The notes under the pieces: model-generated
What the model saw: only the letters and a program-made list of their open reading frames with translations
Databases searched by the model: none
What the model was told of the DNA's origin: nothing
DNA from: Eledone cirrhosa
Lineage: Eukaryota
Assembly (NCBI GenBank): GCA_964016885.1
Contig: OZ024743.1
Coordinates: forward strand, 113,026,001-113,090,000
DNA: 64,000 bases
Direction of reading: 5' to 3'
In this document: positions 45,147-58,578 of the stretch, one piece after another
How the letters are laid out: every line of letters begins with the position of its first letter
Position numbering within the stretch: the first letter of the stretch is position 1
Translations under genes and position numbers: made by a program

Positions 45147-45204
45147 ATACCTGATGATATCACCGGATTCATACGGAACCCGGTCATTGAAATGATCATA
45201 GTAT
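45147..45204 (+). ncRNA. Type I hammerhead ribozyme motif
   Basis: ATAC CTGATGA TATCACCGGATTC ATACG GAACCCGGTCATT GAAA TGATCA TA^GTAT; palindromic stem III ATGATCAT. Confidence 0.82.
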
Positions 45205-45263
45205 AATAAACCTTTCAAGGATTTACACAAATCCAGCCTCCTGTCATTTCATTATATTATATA

Positions 45264-45348
<85 letters not shown>

Positions 45349-45511
45349 TATATATAAATATACACGAGTGTGTATGATTGTGTATAGAAGATTATATTAA
45401 TAAAAGGAATTCCAACTTTGTCTGATTTACTCGTTTTATTTACAATCCTTTAAAATTATAATGATATTATAATGAAATAGTATGGTAGAATATTAAATGT
45501 TAAGTATTAAT

Positions 45512-45550
45512 TGAACAAGTACTTTCATGCTTTCGCAATCTTCAGGTTCA
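45512..45550 (-). ncRNA. Minimal type I hammerhead ribozyme motif
   Basis: Minus strand: UGAAC-CUGAAGA-U UGC GAAA GCA U-GAAA GUAC UU^GUUCA; GNRA tetraloop, palindromic AAGUACUU. Confidence 0.85.
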
Positions 45551-45936
45551 TATTCAGCGGTGACAGTCAAGTTTGCAATTTTCAACTGTAATGAGATGGC
45601 TAAAATCTGTGCCTTATATACAGTAAAAGGGGGCTACAGAATGCTAAGTTTTACAAACTGTATTTCGACCAATCGGTGTGTGGTTTCATTAGATTACTAA
45701 AGCTGATTAGTTTAGGCGTCACGGTTGGTTGAGCATGTCTAACGACTTCTATTTGACCCTATCCAAATCATCAATTGTTTTGCTATTTTTAGAAATGATT
45801 AAAATAGCATTTTGTAGGGTTTTTATAAAAAATCTTCAGTAATCATCAACATCAACATCACTTTTATTATTATTGTTGTTGTTGTTGTTGTTGTTGTTAG
45901 TGATGGTAGTCGCATGGTCGAAGGCGTAGTCTTTTT

Positions 45937-45996
<60 letters not shown>

Positions 45997-46104
45997 CTTC
46001 ATTTCTATTTGTATTTATCTCTCTCTCTCTCTCTCTACAAATCTATACATTCATCTGACTATCTTTATCTCTACACCTCTGTTTATCTAACTATCTATCA
46101 TTTA

Positions 46105-47052
46105 GGCGCTCACAGCCCTCTCCCAAGCGGAAACGGCAATCAGCGGAGACTCCACTTCGACATTCTATAGGGGATTAGTGGAGCATAAGTGCGATGACGT
46201 TCTCGGGGGAACTCTAGGCATCGAAGAAAACGAACTGACCAGTCTGTTCAGGAGGACGTTCCGTCCAAGGCCAATGGATAACTTCCAGAGGTCTCTGCCT
46301 GGCAGTGCTACCGAGGAGATCTACCAGTTCGAGACAAAATCTACAGGCACGGACGCCCTGCCAGAGATTTGTCAAAAGGACCTGTCCAAGATGCGAGCAG
46401 GACATCGAAACCGTTCTGCACGCAATTGTTCAGTGCCGAGGAGTGACCGACCTGTGGAATTATGTCGAACAGCTACTGTCACGTGTAGGACGCATTCGGT
46501 TGTCAGCCGAGTCCATCGTGAGGATCACCCCGTCGCCTTCATTTAAGAATGAAGGAGAGGCTGTTTTCCTCTGTCTGGTGGCTATGACGAAAGAGGTAAT
46601 ATGGTGGACGTAGTTAAAAGGACAGAGGGCAAGCACCTTTCTCTCCGGACAACAACTCATCCCCTTCTTTAAGTACCACTTCAGAAGGAAGGTGAGACTG
46701 GAGAGAGAGGTGCTACACCCCAGTAAATTCGCTGAAAGGTGGTTGAATGTGGCGAAAATGGCCCGGGTAAATGGGCCTTCTCTGTATATAAACCTGTAGA
46801 TTAAGGGAAATAAACAGAGGGAAGACAGGAACACCTACAAAATGTGTTCCTGGTGTTGAGGGTTGTTCTATCCACCGGGTGTAAAACAACTCCGCAGTAG
46901 CGTTACCCCCCCCCCCTCCTAATGAGGATTTCAATTGTTTTATTTTTATATAGTTTATCGTTATTTATCATTGTTAAAGATTTTATGTAAAACCGCCGCC
47001 GTCACGTCTTGTAATGTCCCATTTTTGTCCGCCCCTGTGGCAAATAAAGAAA
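46105..47052 (+). mobile_element. 5'-truncated Tx1/L1-like LINE (ORF2 C-terminal zinc finger and 3' UTR)
   Basis: WQCYRGDLPVRDK, CPRCEQDIETVLHAIVQC, KEVIWWT with frameshifts and stops; AATAAA at the end. Confidence 0.8.
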
Positions 47053-48059
47053 GATATCTATCCTATATGGTTCTATGCCATTCCAAGTCTAAGAGGCTGC
47101 ATTAGCTTATATATGTTTACGCACATAAACACACACACACACACACACATACGTATTATCTGTTTTTATTTACTCAAACACAATCCTCTATTCAGACACA
47201 TTTTACAACTCGCTACACAGATACAAACTCACATGTTCAATCTCTCTCATTCTACTTACTTTTCTCTTTTTCTCACAATCTCACACTTTCTTTCACACAC
47301 ACACTCTCCTCTCCCCCTCTCTTATGTCTCTTCTCTCTTCTCTCTCTTCTTTCTCCTCTCTCTCCTCTCTCCTCTCTCTTCTCTCTCCTCTCTTTCTCTC
47401 CTTCCTCTCTCTCTCCCCTCTCTCACTCTTCTCTCCTGTCTCTTCTCTCTCTTCTATCTCGATTACAATGGCGGTGGATTCGCAGAGTTGGGAGAGCATC
47501 AGATAAAATGCCATTGCAGTATTTGTTTTTTTACTTTTTACATTCCCGCTAAGGTCAATTTTTGCTTTTCATCCTTGCGGAATCGTTAAAATAAAGTACC
47601 TTTCGAGTACTGGGGTTGAATTAATCAACTTTGCCCTTACCTCAAACTAGCCATCGTATCTGATGATCGTATCGGTATCTGCCACCTGGGACCCGTTCTC
47701 TGGCAGAACAGCACTGCCAAGAACAAGTTTACTGATCTTGTTCCTAAATTAGAAATCAATATTGATAAGATTAGGACATTTGGATGCAGCAAAGCAGAAG
47801 GGTTAAAAGGTTTGTTTCATCATCACGATGTCCTAGGTTCGATCCAATTGCATGAAATTTTGGGCAAATGTCTTTTATTATAGCCTCGGAAACTAATTGG
47901 AAACCCATCAAATTACTTGTGTCTATACTTCAAAGATACAACCTCGTCACACACTACATCAAATTGGTTTTATCTGAGGATTAAAATAATTATAAAAATT
48001 ATTGTGTACAGTGCTCAGGTGCACTACAACTCCTCAAAGGTGCATGTGTATTACATAGA

Positions 48060-49225
48060 ATAATTGTTTCTACTTTAGGCACAAGGCCAGCAATTACTCC
48101 AGCGCATTACTGGTACTTTATTTTATCGACCCCGTAAGGATGAAAGGCAAAGTTAACTTCGGTGGGATTTGTACTCAGAACGTCAAGGGCCATAACTTTA
48201 TGCTGCAAATCATGGCGTCTGATACTGTAGCGATACTGCCTATCCACCGACCTAGTACATAGAATAATGTACAAATGTCAGGAAAGTGAACAGTGTATGA
48301 GTCATGATATACATACAGATACACACACACATGTGTGTGTGTGTGTGTGGAGGCGGATGGGGTGGGGAGAGGAATATCAGGTGTAGTGTTGACGAATTTC
48401 GGGGAGCATGTTTATAGAATATTCAACCCGTACACTCGAATTCAATCAGTAGGTATTTCTGTTGATTGAAAAAGAGAATATTCATCGTCAATAGCGACGA
48501 AGATCCATTGACTTTCAGTTGTGTGTCATTGAATATATCAATGATTTTGTGTCATTATACTCGACGGAAAAAGGGTGGTGGATTGGCAGCATCGGTAGAG
48601 CGTTGGACGCTGTGCTTTGCAGCATAGAGTTACGGCCCTTTATGATCTGAGTTCAAATTCCGCCGAGGTTAACTTTTCCTTTCATCCTTACGGGGTCGGT
48701 AAAATAAAGTACCAGTCACGCACTGGGGTCGATTTAATCGACTTTCCCCCGCCACCCAAATTGCTGGCCTTGTGCCTATATAAGAAACTATTATACTCGA
48801 CGGAAAAGATCGGCGGGGTGACAGAATTGGGAGAGCACCGGACAAATACTTTGCGGAGTTTGTTCCTACTCTTTACATTCTGAGTTCAAATCCCGCCGAG
48901 GTCAACTTTGCCTTTCATCCTTTCCTGGCTAATAAAATTAAGCACCAGTCAAGTACTGCGGATCGATATAGACGATTTTCGTCTTCCCACAAATTGCAGG
49001 CTTTGTGACTAGATCAGAGCATCGAAGGAATGCTTCGTGGCAGTTGTCTCCGTATTTTATGTTCTGAGTTCAAATCCCGTCAAGATCAACTGTGTTTCTC
49101 ATCCTTTCGGAGTCGATAAAATAAAGTAACATTCAAATACTGATGTCGTTATAATTGATTCCTCTCCCACCTCACCCCATCCTTAAAAAATCTGCTGACC
49201 TTGTACCTAAATTGGAAACCAATAT
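48060..49225. mobile_element. SINE cluster (48060-48250 on -, 48572-49225 three copies on +)
   Basis: A/B boxes and core domain. Confidence 0.82.
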
Positions 49226-49536
49226 TCTCGAGGGACGACATTATTAATTCTATCTTTATTGGGTTTGGTTGGCAAAGCCAAAAATATTCCCCTTCTAGAA
49301 ATATTTCAGGCGCCTTTGTTCTTTCTAAAAAAAATCAAGCTTTTTTTTTCCATTCATATTGTTCAAAAATCAATATACCAAATAAACGTTTGCTTCTGTT
49401 CCGACATTTACCATTCTGAGTTCAAATTCTGCCTAAGGATTCAGTTCACCCTGACGCTAAGGCTAATAATCCAAAACACGTGAACCATTACAGATGTATA
49501 TGGAGGAGGATTGTGGCTTTCTGCTACTTCATTCAA

Positions 49537-49705
<169 letters not shown>

Positions 49706-50369
49706 TGTCATACAACTAGAGCGAGGAGAATCTGCTGTTACAGCGACATCTATATATTGTAAAGGAACACTTAATTGATTTCCACTAGTGAAAATGCCAC
49801 TAAATTCGCTTTTAACATTGCCACACCACCATAGCCATCATCATCATCATTGTCACCACCATAACCATCATCATCACCGTCATTATCATCATTAAACTCG
49901 AAGTCATTATCATAATCAATCGTTATCTCCATTATCTTCACATTAACACCCCCACCACTACCACCTTCATCATCATTATCAATATTATTTTCATCATCAC
50001 CATCATTATTGCATTGCCATTATCTTAATTCTTACGACTACCAAACTCACCACCACTACGACCATTATCACCTTCATCCTTAATGCTACTACCACTACTA
50101 CCATTATCACCTTCATCCTTAATGCTACTACCACTACTACCATTATCACCTTCAGCCTTAATGCTACTACCACTACGACCATCATCACCTTCATCCTTAA
50201 TGCTACTACCACTACCACCACCACCACTGCTGCCACCACAGCCATCATCTTCATCATCTTTATTCTTAACGCCGCCAACACTACTATCATCATCATCACC
50301 ACTAATACTACTACAACCGTCACCATTTTCATCAACCCTATCATTATAACTATTATTATTATCATCAAA

Positions 50370-51055
50370 TCCGTGAATTGGCAGTATCGGTAGAGGGTTG
50401 GACGCCATGCTTTCTAGCATAGTTACGTCCCTTTACAGTCTGAGTTCAAATCCCGTCGATGTTAACTTTGCCTTTCATCCTTATGGGGTCGATAAAATAA
50501 AGTACCAGTAATGTACTGGGTATTTGCTGGCCTTGTGCCTAAAGTAGAAACAATTATTATCATCTTGGCAGTATCGGTAGAGGGTCGGACGCCATGCTTT
50601 GCAACACAGTTACGTCCCTTTACAGACTGAGTTCAAATCCCGCCGAGGTTAACTTTGCCTTTCATCCTTACGGGGTCGATAAAATTAAGTACCAGTAATG
50701 TACTGGGTAATTGCTGGCCTTGTGCCTAAAGTAGAAACAATTATTATCATCACCACCAGGGCGGTGGATTGGCAGTATCGTTAGAGGGTCGGATGCCATG
50801 CTTAGCAGCATAGAGTTACAGCCCTTTACGGTCCGGGTTGAAATCCCGCGGGGGTTAACTTTGCCTTTCATGCTTTCGGGGTCGATAAAATGAAGTACCA
50901 GTAATGCACTGAGATAATTGCTGGGCTTGTGCCAAAAGTAGAAACCACCCGCCAACGTTAACTTTGACTTTCATTCTTACGGGGTCGATAAAATAAAGTA
51001 CCAGTAATGCACTGGGTAATTGCTGGCCTTGTGCCTAACGTAGAAATCATTATTA
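50370..51055 (+). mobile_element. Four tandem SINE copies (last one 5'-truncated)
   Basis: Repeated SINE consensus. Confidence 0.88.
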
Positions 51056-51743
51056 TCATCACCCCCACCCCCCACACCATCTAGCGTGTGTTGTTGTTTA
51101 TATAAGCCAATAGTGAGTGATGTGACGGTTGACATTCTGAAATTCTTCGCCAACGAGACAAGAATATTATCTTGTTGTTTTTTTGTTTGTTTGTTTTGTT
51201 TTTTTGCTTTATATATACATTTATTTCTGATATACACCCTGTATGAGTATATATACGTTAGTGGGTTCTATCTGAGTTATAACTTAGCCTTATAGTAAAA
51301 ATTAAAAAAAAAATGGTATTGTCTCCTTAAGACTTTCATTGCGATATTTCTAATGAAAGACACTATATATGATTTTCAAATAATCTTGAAAGTAATCAAA
51401 AATCTGGAGGGATTTAATAACATAACTTTCTTGTTTAAATATTAATATATAACGGTTTATATATTAATATATAACGGTATGTTTTTAGATAAATACTAGA
51501 CCACCCGTGACCCGTTGGGTCACGTTCACTTTAAAATATTCTTTTTAAATCATGTTCACTTAAAAATTATTTTTAAATAATTAAAATATACACAGACATG
51601 TATATAATGTAAAATGTAACTGGAAGGCCCATATATATATATGTGTGTGTATGTGTGTGTGTGTGTGTGTGTGTACATGTATGCGTATGTGGGTGTATAG
51701 ATATATATGTGTGGGTGGGTGTCTGTGACCTATATATACTGAT

Positions 51744-51776
<33 letters not shown>

Positions 51777-51794
51777 ACACACACACACACACAT

Positions 51795-52601
51795 TCCCAA
51801 TTCCTCCGCCTTCGTCGACTCTGTAGCCAGGACGACAATTTCGAAACCCATTCCCTTCGCATGGCCTCCTGCTTCATCCAGCGTGGATATCCCCGCCCCC
51901 CCATCTTGAACCAAGCTGCTCTCACCCGCACCCGTGAAACAGACCGCACCACAGCTCTCTCACCTCACGCCCTCCCTCCCAACACCCGTGTTCCTTTCCC
52001 TCTCACCTACTACCACATCACCCTACCACGCCGGCGACATATCCTCCGTTCCTTCTGTATCCTCTCTTCTGACCCCGTCACTTCTCGCTTTTTTCCAAAC
52101 CCACCCATTACTGCTTTTAAGCGCGCCCGAGACCTCCGCGACCTCCTGGTTCACAGTTACTTCTCGTCCTCTCCCACGACTCCACCCGGTTCTCATCCTT
52201 GTTCCCGTTCCCGCTGCAACACTTGTCCCTTTATTTCCACCCTCACTACTCTTACAGGCCCTTACGGGTCTTTCCGTATCCGCCATTCCTTCACCTGTAC
52301 ATCCACCCACGTTGTCTATGCCCTCCGGTGTTCCCTTTGCGGGTCTTTCTATATCGGACAAACGGGACGCCGTATGGCGGACCGGTTTGCCGAACATTTG
52401 AGGGACATACGACTCGGTTTGGATACTCCTGTCACCCGTCATTTCTGTTTGCCTGGTCATTCTTCTCTACATGTTTCAGTCCTGGGTGTCCTTTTACATC
52501 ATGGATCACAGGCCTCGCGCACCAGGACTGAACAAAGTCTGATTTACCGCCTTGGTTCCTATTTCCCTCTTGGACTCAACTCACCTCCCCAATTTCTCTA
52601 A
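51795..52601 (+). CDS. PLE RT thumb, Cys-rich linker and GIY-YIG endonuclease (5'-truncated)
   Basis: SQFLRLRRLCS..RGYP..PLTY..AFKRARDLRDLLV..PCSRSRCNTCPF..FTCTSTHVVYALRCSLCGSFYIGQTGR..RFAEH..HF..H..EQSLI..PLGLN. Confidence 0.88.
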   Translation, partial: SQFLRLRRLCSQDDNFETHSLRMASCFIQRGYPRPPILNQAALTRTRETDRTTALSPHALPPNTRVPFPLTYYHITLPRRRHILRSFCILSSDPVTSRFFPNPPITAFKRARDLRDLLVHSYFSSSPTTPPGSHPCSRSRCNTCPFISTLTTLTGPYGSFRIRHSFTCTSTHVVYALRCSLCGSFYIGQTGRRMADRFAEHLRDIRLGLDTPVTRHFCLPGHSSLHVSVLGVLLHHGSQASRTRTEQSLIYRLGSYFPLGLNSPPQFL

Positions 52602-52745
52602 TACCCCGTCCATTATCACATCCCTAGATTCCTATCGCCTTCTCTTTGCTCATATCTTCGTACTTACATGCACACACACTCTTTTACTCACATATACACA
52701 CATATCTCTTCTTAGCTTGGTACGGACCTATAATAACACACACAC

Positions 52746-52829
<84 letters not shown>

Positions 52830-53118
52830 ACACACACACACACACACCACACACACACACATACACACACATACACACACACACTCATGCTTACGCACGT
52901 GCTCAAGTATAGCTCTTTTTACAAAACGTTTTTTTTTCCCATTTCAGGTAGACGCGCGCCAACATTCACTTTTCTAAAAAAACAAATCCTACACAAAACG
53001 CCAGCACCAACAGTTTGGCAAGAGATGTCAACATGAATGGACCTATTATTTTTACCTAAAGACATTTTTTCCAATTCCATCCCGCCCGTCCCCTTAATCT
53101 ATTTTATTTCTCATTCTT

Positions 53119-53154
53119 TCTTGTGATGAAGGACTAGCGTCCGAAACTTTAAGA
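53119..53154 (+). ncRNA. Degenerate minimal hammerhead of the PLE pLTR (probably inactive)
   Basis: TCTT GTGATGA A GGAC TAGC GTCC GAAAC TTT AAGA; C3 is G and the expected G of AACGTT is T. Confidence 0.65.
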
Positions 53155-53239
53155 CCCTCTTCCTGCTATATCAAGCGTTAACCTAATATATACCTTCCAT
53201 ATACTGTACCGATTGTGTTGTTATTTCTGTTTACCTTTT

Positions 53240-53310
<71 letters not shown>

Positions 53311-53417
53311 AATATATACACACAAATTTAGAAACCCTTCCTTTAGCAGGAAATATTCGCTACACACATCCTGTCCTAACAATTTATATGATAAATATGA
53401 TTTAATATTCAGTCACC

Positions 53418-54823
53418 CTCAAGTACTCAACCTCACCCAATACATTGAAGACGGCTATGAGGAAGGAATGGTAATCGGTGTGGTGTTTGTCGACCATTCG
53501 GCTGCCTATGACAAAGTCAACCACAGATATCTCCTTAGCAAGATCCTGGAGACTACAAGAGACACCTGTCTGACGGAGTTGATTCAAAGCATGCGTGAAA
53601 ACAGGCACTTCTTTGTTGAGCTAGGAGGGAAGAAAAGAAGAGTGCGAAGACTCAAGAATGGCCTCCCACAAGGAAGTGTGCTTGCACCACTTCTCTTCAA
53701 CATCTACACCAACGACCAACCAAAATGTGCAGACACCCGCCGCTTCATCTATGCAGATGATCTTGGCATAGGTGCACAAAACACTGAATTCAAAGTTGTG
53801 GAAGATAGATTCTCCAATGCTCTGGAAGAGCTAACACTTTATTAGGAAAGGAACCACCTGCGTGCAAATCCATCCAAGACGCAGGTGTTTACCTTCCAAC
53901 GGCGAAACTGTGAAGCCAAACGTCCATAGAAGGTTAACTGGTCAGGAACCCCCCTTTAACACTGTGAGCACCCAGTCTATCTAGGTGTAACTCTGGATGG
54001 GTGTCTCTCTTTTAAGATCCACATTGAGAAGACCAAGTGCAAAGTGAATGCGAGGGACAACATCATCCACAAGCTCACTGGCACAATCTGGGGTGCAAAC
54101 CCACAGACTCTGAAGTCAACTGCACTAGCTCTCTGCTACTCAGCTGCCGAGTATACGTGCCCAGTATGGCAGCAAGCTGTCCATGTCCAGAAGCTAGATC
54201 CCGCCCTCAATGCTAGCTGCCACCTAATCACAGGCTGCCTGAAATCTACACCTACGGACCATCTGCCTATCCTGGTAGGCAAAGCACCACCAGATATACG
54301 ACGAAGTGCAGCAAGCAAGGAAGAGCGTCAACAACAGACTACAGATTAAAAACATCCTCTCTTCAGCCATGTGCCAGCCAAAAGTCGCCTTAAATCCAGG
54401 AAAAAGTTCCTTAAGAGCATCACACCCCTTGAAACATCAAGCGTAGGTAGTGTAAGAGTCACTTGCTGGGAAGAAAAACTTAACAACCTCCCATCTGTAA
54501 CAACAATTGAGCTAAAGGCGAGCGAGGCACTCCCTCCGCCCCCGAGCAGATACAAATTATGCAGTATGGAAATGCCTCAACAGATTGGTCGAGCAAAAGC
54601 CAATCTGGCAAAATGGGGATATTTAAAGGATGGGGATGTTGTGTGACTGCAGCATCGAACCACAGACTACGCACCACCTGCTGATATGCACCCTGCTGGA
54701 ACACCCCTGCACAGCATTGGACTTGGCAGAGTTTCATAAGAAAGGACAGCAATGTGTTCAGCTGTGGCGGAACCACATCTAGCCAAGCTTTGTAGCCGAC
54801 ACTCTTGTGGACACGATAAGAAG
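53418..54823 (+). mobile_element. 5'-truncated I-superfamily (Ingi/Vingi-like) LINE with 11-bp TSD
   Basis: RT motifs VFVDHSAAYD, GLPQGSVLAP, IYADDL, YLGVTLD, WGANP..AEYTCPVW; several stops; ATTCAGTCACC at 53407-53417 and 54824-54834; AAG tail. Confidence 0.85.
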
Positions 54824-54902
54824 ATTCAGTCACCAAATTTTAGTTAGATACAGTAATGCCGTATTCGATTCTTTGAAGTCACCTGTTATAATTTCATTCA
54901 GC

Positions 54903-54970
<68 letters not shown>

Positions 54971-55748
54971 ACTCACTCACTCACTCACTCACACACACAC
55001 ACACACACACAGGCACCGCACACAACCACTATCTCTTTCTCTCTATCTTTCTATCTCTCTATTTATGAAGGTACCCGGAAAAACCCGTATCTCGGGAGCC
55101 CTTGCTCCGATTTACGTGAAACTTGTTTTATTTCATTTGTATTCCCATTTCAGAGGCAACTTCCTTTCAAAGTATTTTCCCATTATGCGCCGTTTTGGCT
55201 GTATTAAATTACATACAAGCACACAATCACAGAGCTTTAGTAGTATATAGATACAAAAACATTTTAAAGCAAACAGTTTTGTATCAAAGAACTAGAGGTG
55301 GTCTCAGGCTGTTTAGTATGGATAAAATGGATAAAATCTGTGTTTCATCATAATAGTATACACGCAATAATACTTACAGAAACACAGATATAGCTAATGG
55401 TAATATGGACGGAGGTTGAAGTGAGGGTGGTGTTGTGTGAGAATGATTACGATAATGAGCGTGGTGATGTGTGATGATGGCAATGACGATGGAGGTTATA
55501 GTAGTGAGAATAAATGGATATGATAATTATATGATGATATCGATAAAGACAAAACACCTTTTTTTATAAACAAAGAAAATCACTGTGTGTCGTGCAAATC
55601 TTTCGTGTTTCCTTCCTTTACAATCAATGTTACTCGTTAGTGTGTTTTGTGTGGTTCATATTTTCTCATTGGTGCAGTGCAGAATTGTGTTGTGTAAGAT
55701 GTTAGACGGAAGAGTGTCATAGACGTTAAACGGTATCATGTGGTAGAT

Positions 55749-55929
55749 CAGACATGTCAAACTGCGAGTCCCCCGAGCGCCACGTGGGTCATATGTGTTG
55801 TCTGAGGCCCACACGCGACAACTAATTGCACACATTACAACACATTTTTTAAATTTTGTATTACGAAGGTAAAACATGCTCGCGTTGCAAAACCTATGCT
55901 TGTGAATGGCCGCATGTTTCACATGCCTG
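55749..55929 (+). mobile_element. hAT (Charlie-like) MITE
   Basis: TIRs CAGACATGTCAAAC / GTTTCACATGCCTG; 8-bp TSD TGGTAGAT / TCGTAGAT. Confidence 0.78.
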
Positions 55930-56238
55930 TCGTAGATAATACACCCTTCAGTCATGACCATGGGTTTTGCACCTATGAAGTTCCACTTCATGACGTACAA
56001 CATGCCTAATTTTCTCTGTCATTTTCTTTCTTTCTCTGCATATGTCTGTCTGCTACTCTATCTATCTAGTTGTCTATCTTTCTACGTACCTAAATGTCTA
56101 TCTATATATGTCTGTCTACCTAACTGCCTTTCTATTTGTCTATCTACTTACCAACCTATCTATCTATCCATCTGTTTGTTTGATTGTTTATCTATATATT
56201 TATGTATATTCATCAATGTGTCAGTCTCCAGACAAGTA

Positions 56239-56539
56239 CCCTCAGGTCTCGACTAGTCCACCCTACCGCTTATTAAATTTTGCTAATCTATCTCCAGGGA
56301 AATTTTATTGTAAGTGATTCATATCGCTACAGCAGCTGGAGAATCTAATAATTATTTTATTTTACATTAAAAAAAACATTATATATGATAAAAAAGATAA
56401 CATTACAAGAAATCCCATATTTACGAATGTACCCTATACAATTACCGATTTCCCAACCATCCCGCTTATTATAAGATTTTAAGCAAATGTCCAACCCCAT
56501 CTGCTTATTCCAATCCCACAATTATTTGGGACCCGAGAG
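56239..56539. mobile_element. TA-flanked MITE (Tc1/pogo-like)
   Basis: TA-CCCTCAGGTCTC ... GGGACCCGAGAG-TA imperfect TIRs. Confidence 0.45.
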
Positions 56540-57141
56540 TACAACAAAAACAAACTTTAAAATTCCCAATAGTACTTCGAAAGTAGAAAGCATACTACCT
56601 GTCAAAAATGATGGGGTATAGAGGGAAAATATTTTATTTAATAATTATTAATTAGATTACAACATTCTATGTAAATATGCTTCAATTTTCAATTTTCCTT
56701 GACCTCCTCTCTTCTCACTCCGGTCATCACCGTATTTCATTTAAATCAATTACAATAATTTTCTGCCATATTTTCGTTAATCGTTATCAAACATATATCC
56801 ATTAAATTTCGATGACTTCATTCCATTAATGTATATATCTCTCTTCCGACTATTATTGGGATTTGTGCTTTGTTCTCGATGTTATTGCTGTTCGTATACG
56901 AAGATAGATACATTGGTAAATATAAATAAATTGTTAACTATAAATTGCCTGTCAGACAGACGGATTGATAGATGGATGGGTACGCAGGCAGACGTTGATA
57001 TAGTCTTTTGATTCGAATATCTTACACTCTTTAAACATAAACACACACACACACACACTCTTGCATATACATAATCCCACCCACCTACCCACACACACAC
57101 ACACAGAAAGATAGATTTTTAGACAGGCGGATAGTCAGTTA

Positions 57142-57185
<44 letters not shown>

Positions 57186-57580
57186 ACGTAATTCCAAAGG
57201 AAAAGCAAAGGAAAAAAGAGTGCTCTATGTATAGAACAGAGCTATTTAATTAGAAAGTGAACAACACAAAATATAACTATTCCATTACCAAAGGTTTCTG
57301 GATCACAGACGATAATAATATATACGTCTAGATCGGTCGTCTGATAGAGATGTTATAGATAAAAGATATGAAAGGAAATTTAAAACCTGTTAAAAAATGG
57401 AAGTGAAGCTGGAAAAATAACGGAATAAAAATTAAAAAAATAAAAATATATAGCAATATAGAAAAAGGCATGTGCACATACATATACACACACATACACA
57501 CATTCAGATAAAACGAATATATATATATATATATGTATACATAATATATAAGATCAAAAGATGGTTAAAAGAGTTCCATG

Positions 57581-57651
57581 TATTTTATTATGCGCATTTC
57601 AAAAACAAATATCATCATGCAATAACATTTGCGTTTTCGTCAGATAAAATA
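57581..57651 (-). ncRNA. Type I hammerhead ribozyme motif
   Basis: Mirror copy of 57778-57848. Confidence 0.85.
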
Positions 57652-57777
57652 GGGAGACATGATATGAAGGTTAAAACACACTTGTGAATAGTGCAGTTTT
57701 AAATCAACAAATCAACATATGTTGATTTAAAACTGCACTATTCACAAGTGTGTTTTAACCTTCATATCATGTCTCCC

Positions 57778-57848
57778 TATTTTATCTGACGAAAACGCAA
57801 ATGTTATTGCATGATGATATTTGTTTTTGAAATGCGCATAATAAAATA
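57778..57848 (+). ncRNA. Type I hammerhead ribozyme motif with long stem II
   Basis: TATTTTAT CTGACGA AAACGCAAATGTTATT GCAT GATGATATTTGTTTTT GAAA TGCGCA TA^ATAAAATA; 8-bp stem I; stem II pairs at 15 of 16 positions including four G-U; palindromic ATGCGCAT. Confidence 0.87.
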
Positions 57849-58367
57849 CATGGAACTCTTTTAACCATCTTTTGATCTTATATATTATTTATACTCCAGT
57901 CCTACAAACTGTAGAGTGCTTCTTATCCGATATCTGCATTGCTTTATTGTACTACAATAAAACTCACCTCCTACATTATATGTATACATATATACATGCA
58001 CACACACACATATATATATATACACACAAACATACATGTACACAGACATACACATAAACATACGCATATATATAGATACACACACACACACATATATATA
58101 TATAAACATATACAGACATATACAAATACACACTCACATATATCACATACATATATACACATATAAGCATATATAGACATATATGTATATATGGCACAGA
58201 CACACTAGTCTGCAAAAACATACATACGCGAACACACACACACATATATATAAAATGATACGGAGACATCACACACATAGAGTTAAGCATGAATACAGTT
58301 ACATACGCAAAACTACAAATAGATACAATATATTAACAAATGGAAACTATATTTATAAAACCATATT

Positions 58368-58433
58368 TATTCTATTATACATATTTCAAAGGCCACCAAG
58401 GCAGATTATGGTGCGCTTTCATCAGATAAAATA
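58368..58433 (-). ncRNA. Type I hammerhead ribozyme motif
   Basis: Mirror copy of 58513-58578. Confidence 0.82.
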
Positions 58434-58512
58434 TAATACAGGAAGCTCCAACCGTTAAGGTTGCATTTTTTCAGGGTATGTCAATATTTATTTATAAAAC
58501 TAATCTGTATTA

Positions 58513-58578
58513 TATTTTATCTGATGAAAGCGCACCATAATCTGCCTTGGTGGCCCTTGAAATATGTATAATAGAATA
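58513..58578 (+). ncRNA. Type I hammerhead ribozyme motif
   Basis: TATTTTAT CTGATGA AAGCGCACCA TAATCTGCCT TGGTGGCCCTT GAAA TATGTA TA^ATAGAATA. Confidence 0.84.

Larger units (their letters stand above)
43108..45256 (-). mobile_element. Non-coding PLE-like element with 226-bp inverted arms (43247-43472 / 45031-45256), internal ~507-bp tandem duplication and hammerheads
   Basis: Arms appear identical; duplication 43730-44236 / 44237-44741; (TA)n on both flanks. Confidence 0.8.
51793..53240 (+). mobile_element. 5'-truncated Neptune-type PLE between CA/TA microsatellites
   Basis: Coding remnant plus 3' UTR containing (CA)n and a degenerate hammerhead. Confidence 0.82.
57541..57975 (+). mobile_element. 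Fold-back element: perfect 169-bp arms (57541-57709 / 57720-57888) plus a tail shared with 19938-20035
   Basis: Direct reverse-complement comparison; tail TTTATACTCCAGTCCTACAAACTGTAGAGTGCT...CTCACCTCCTACAT. Confidence 0.88.
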
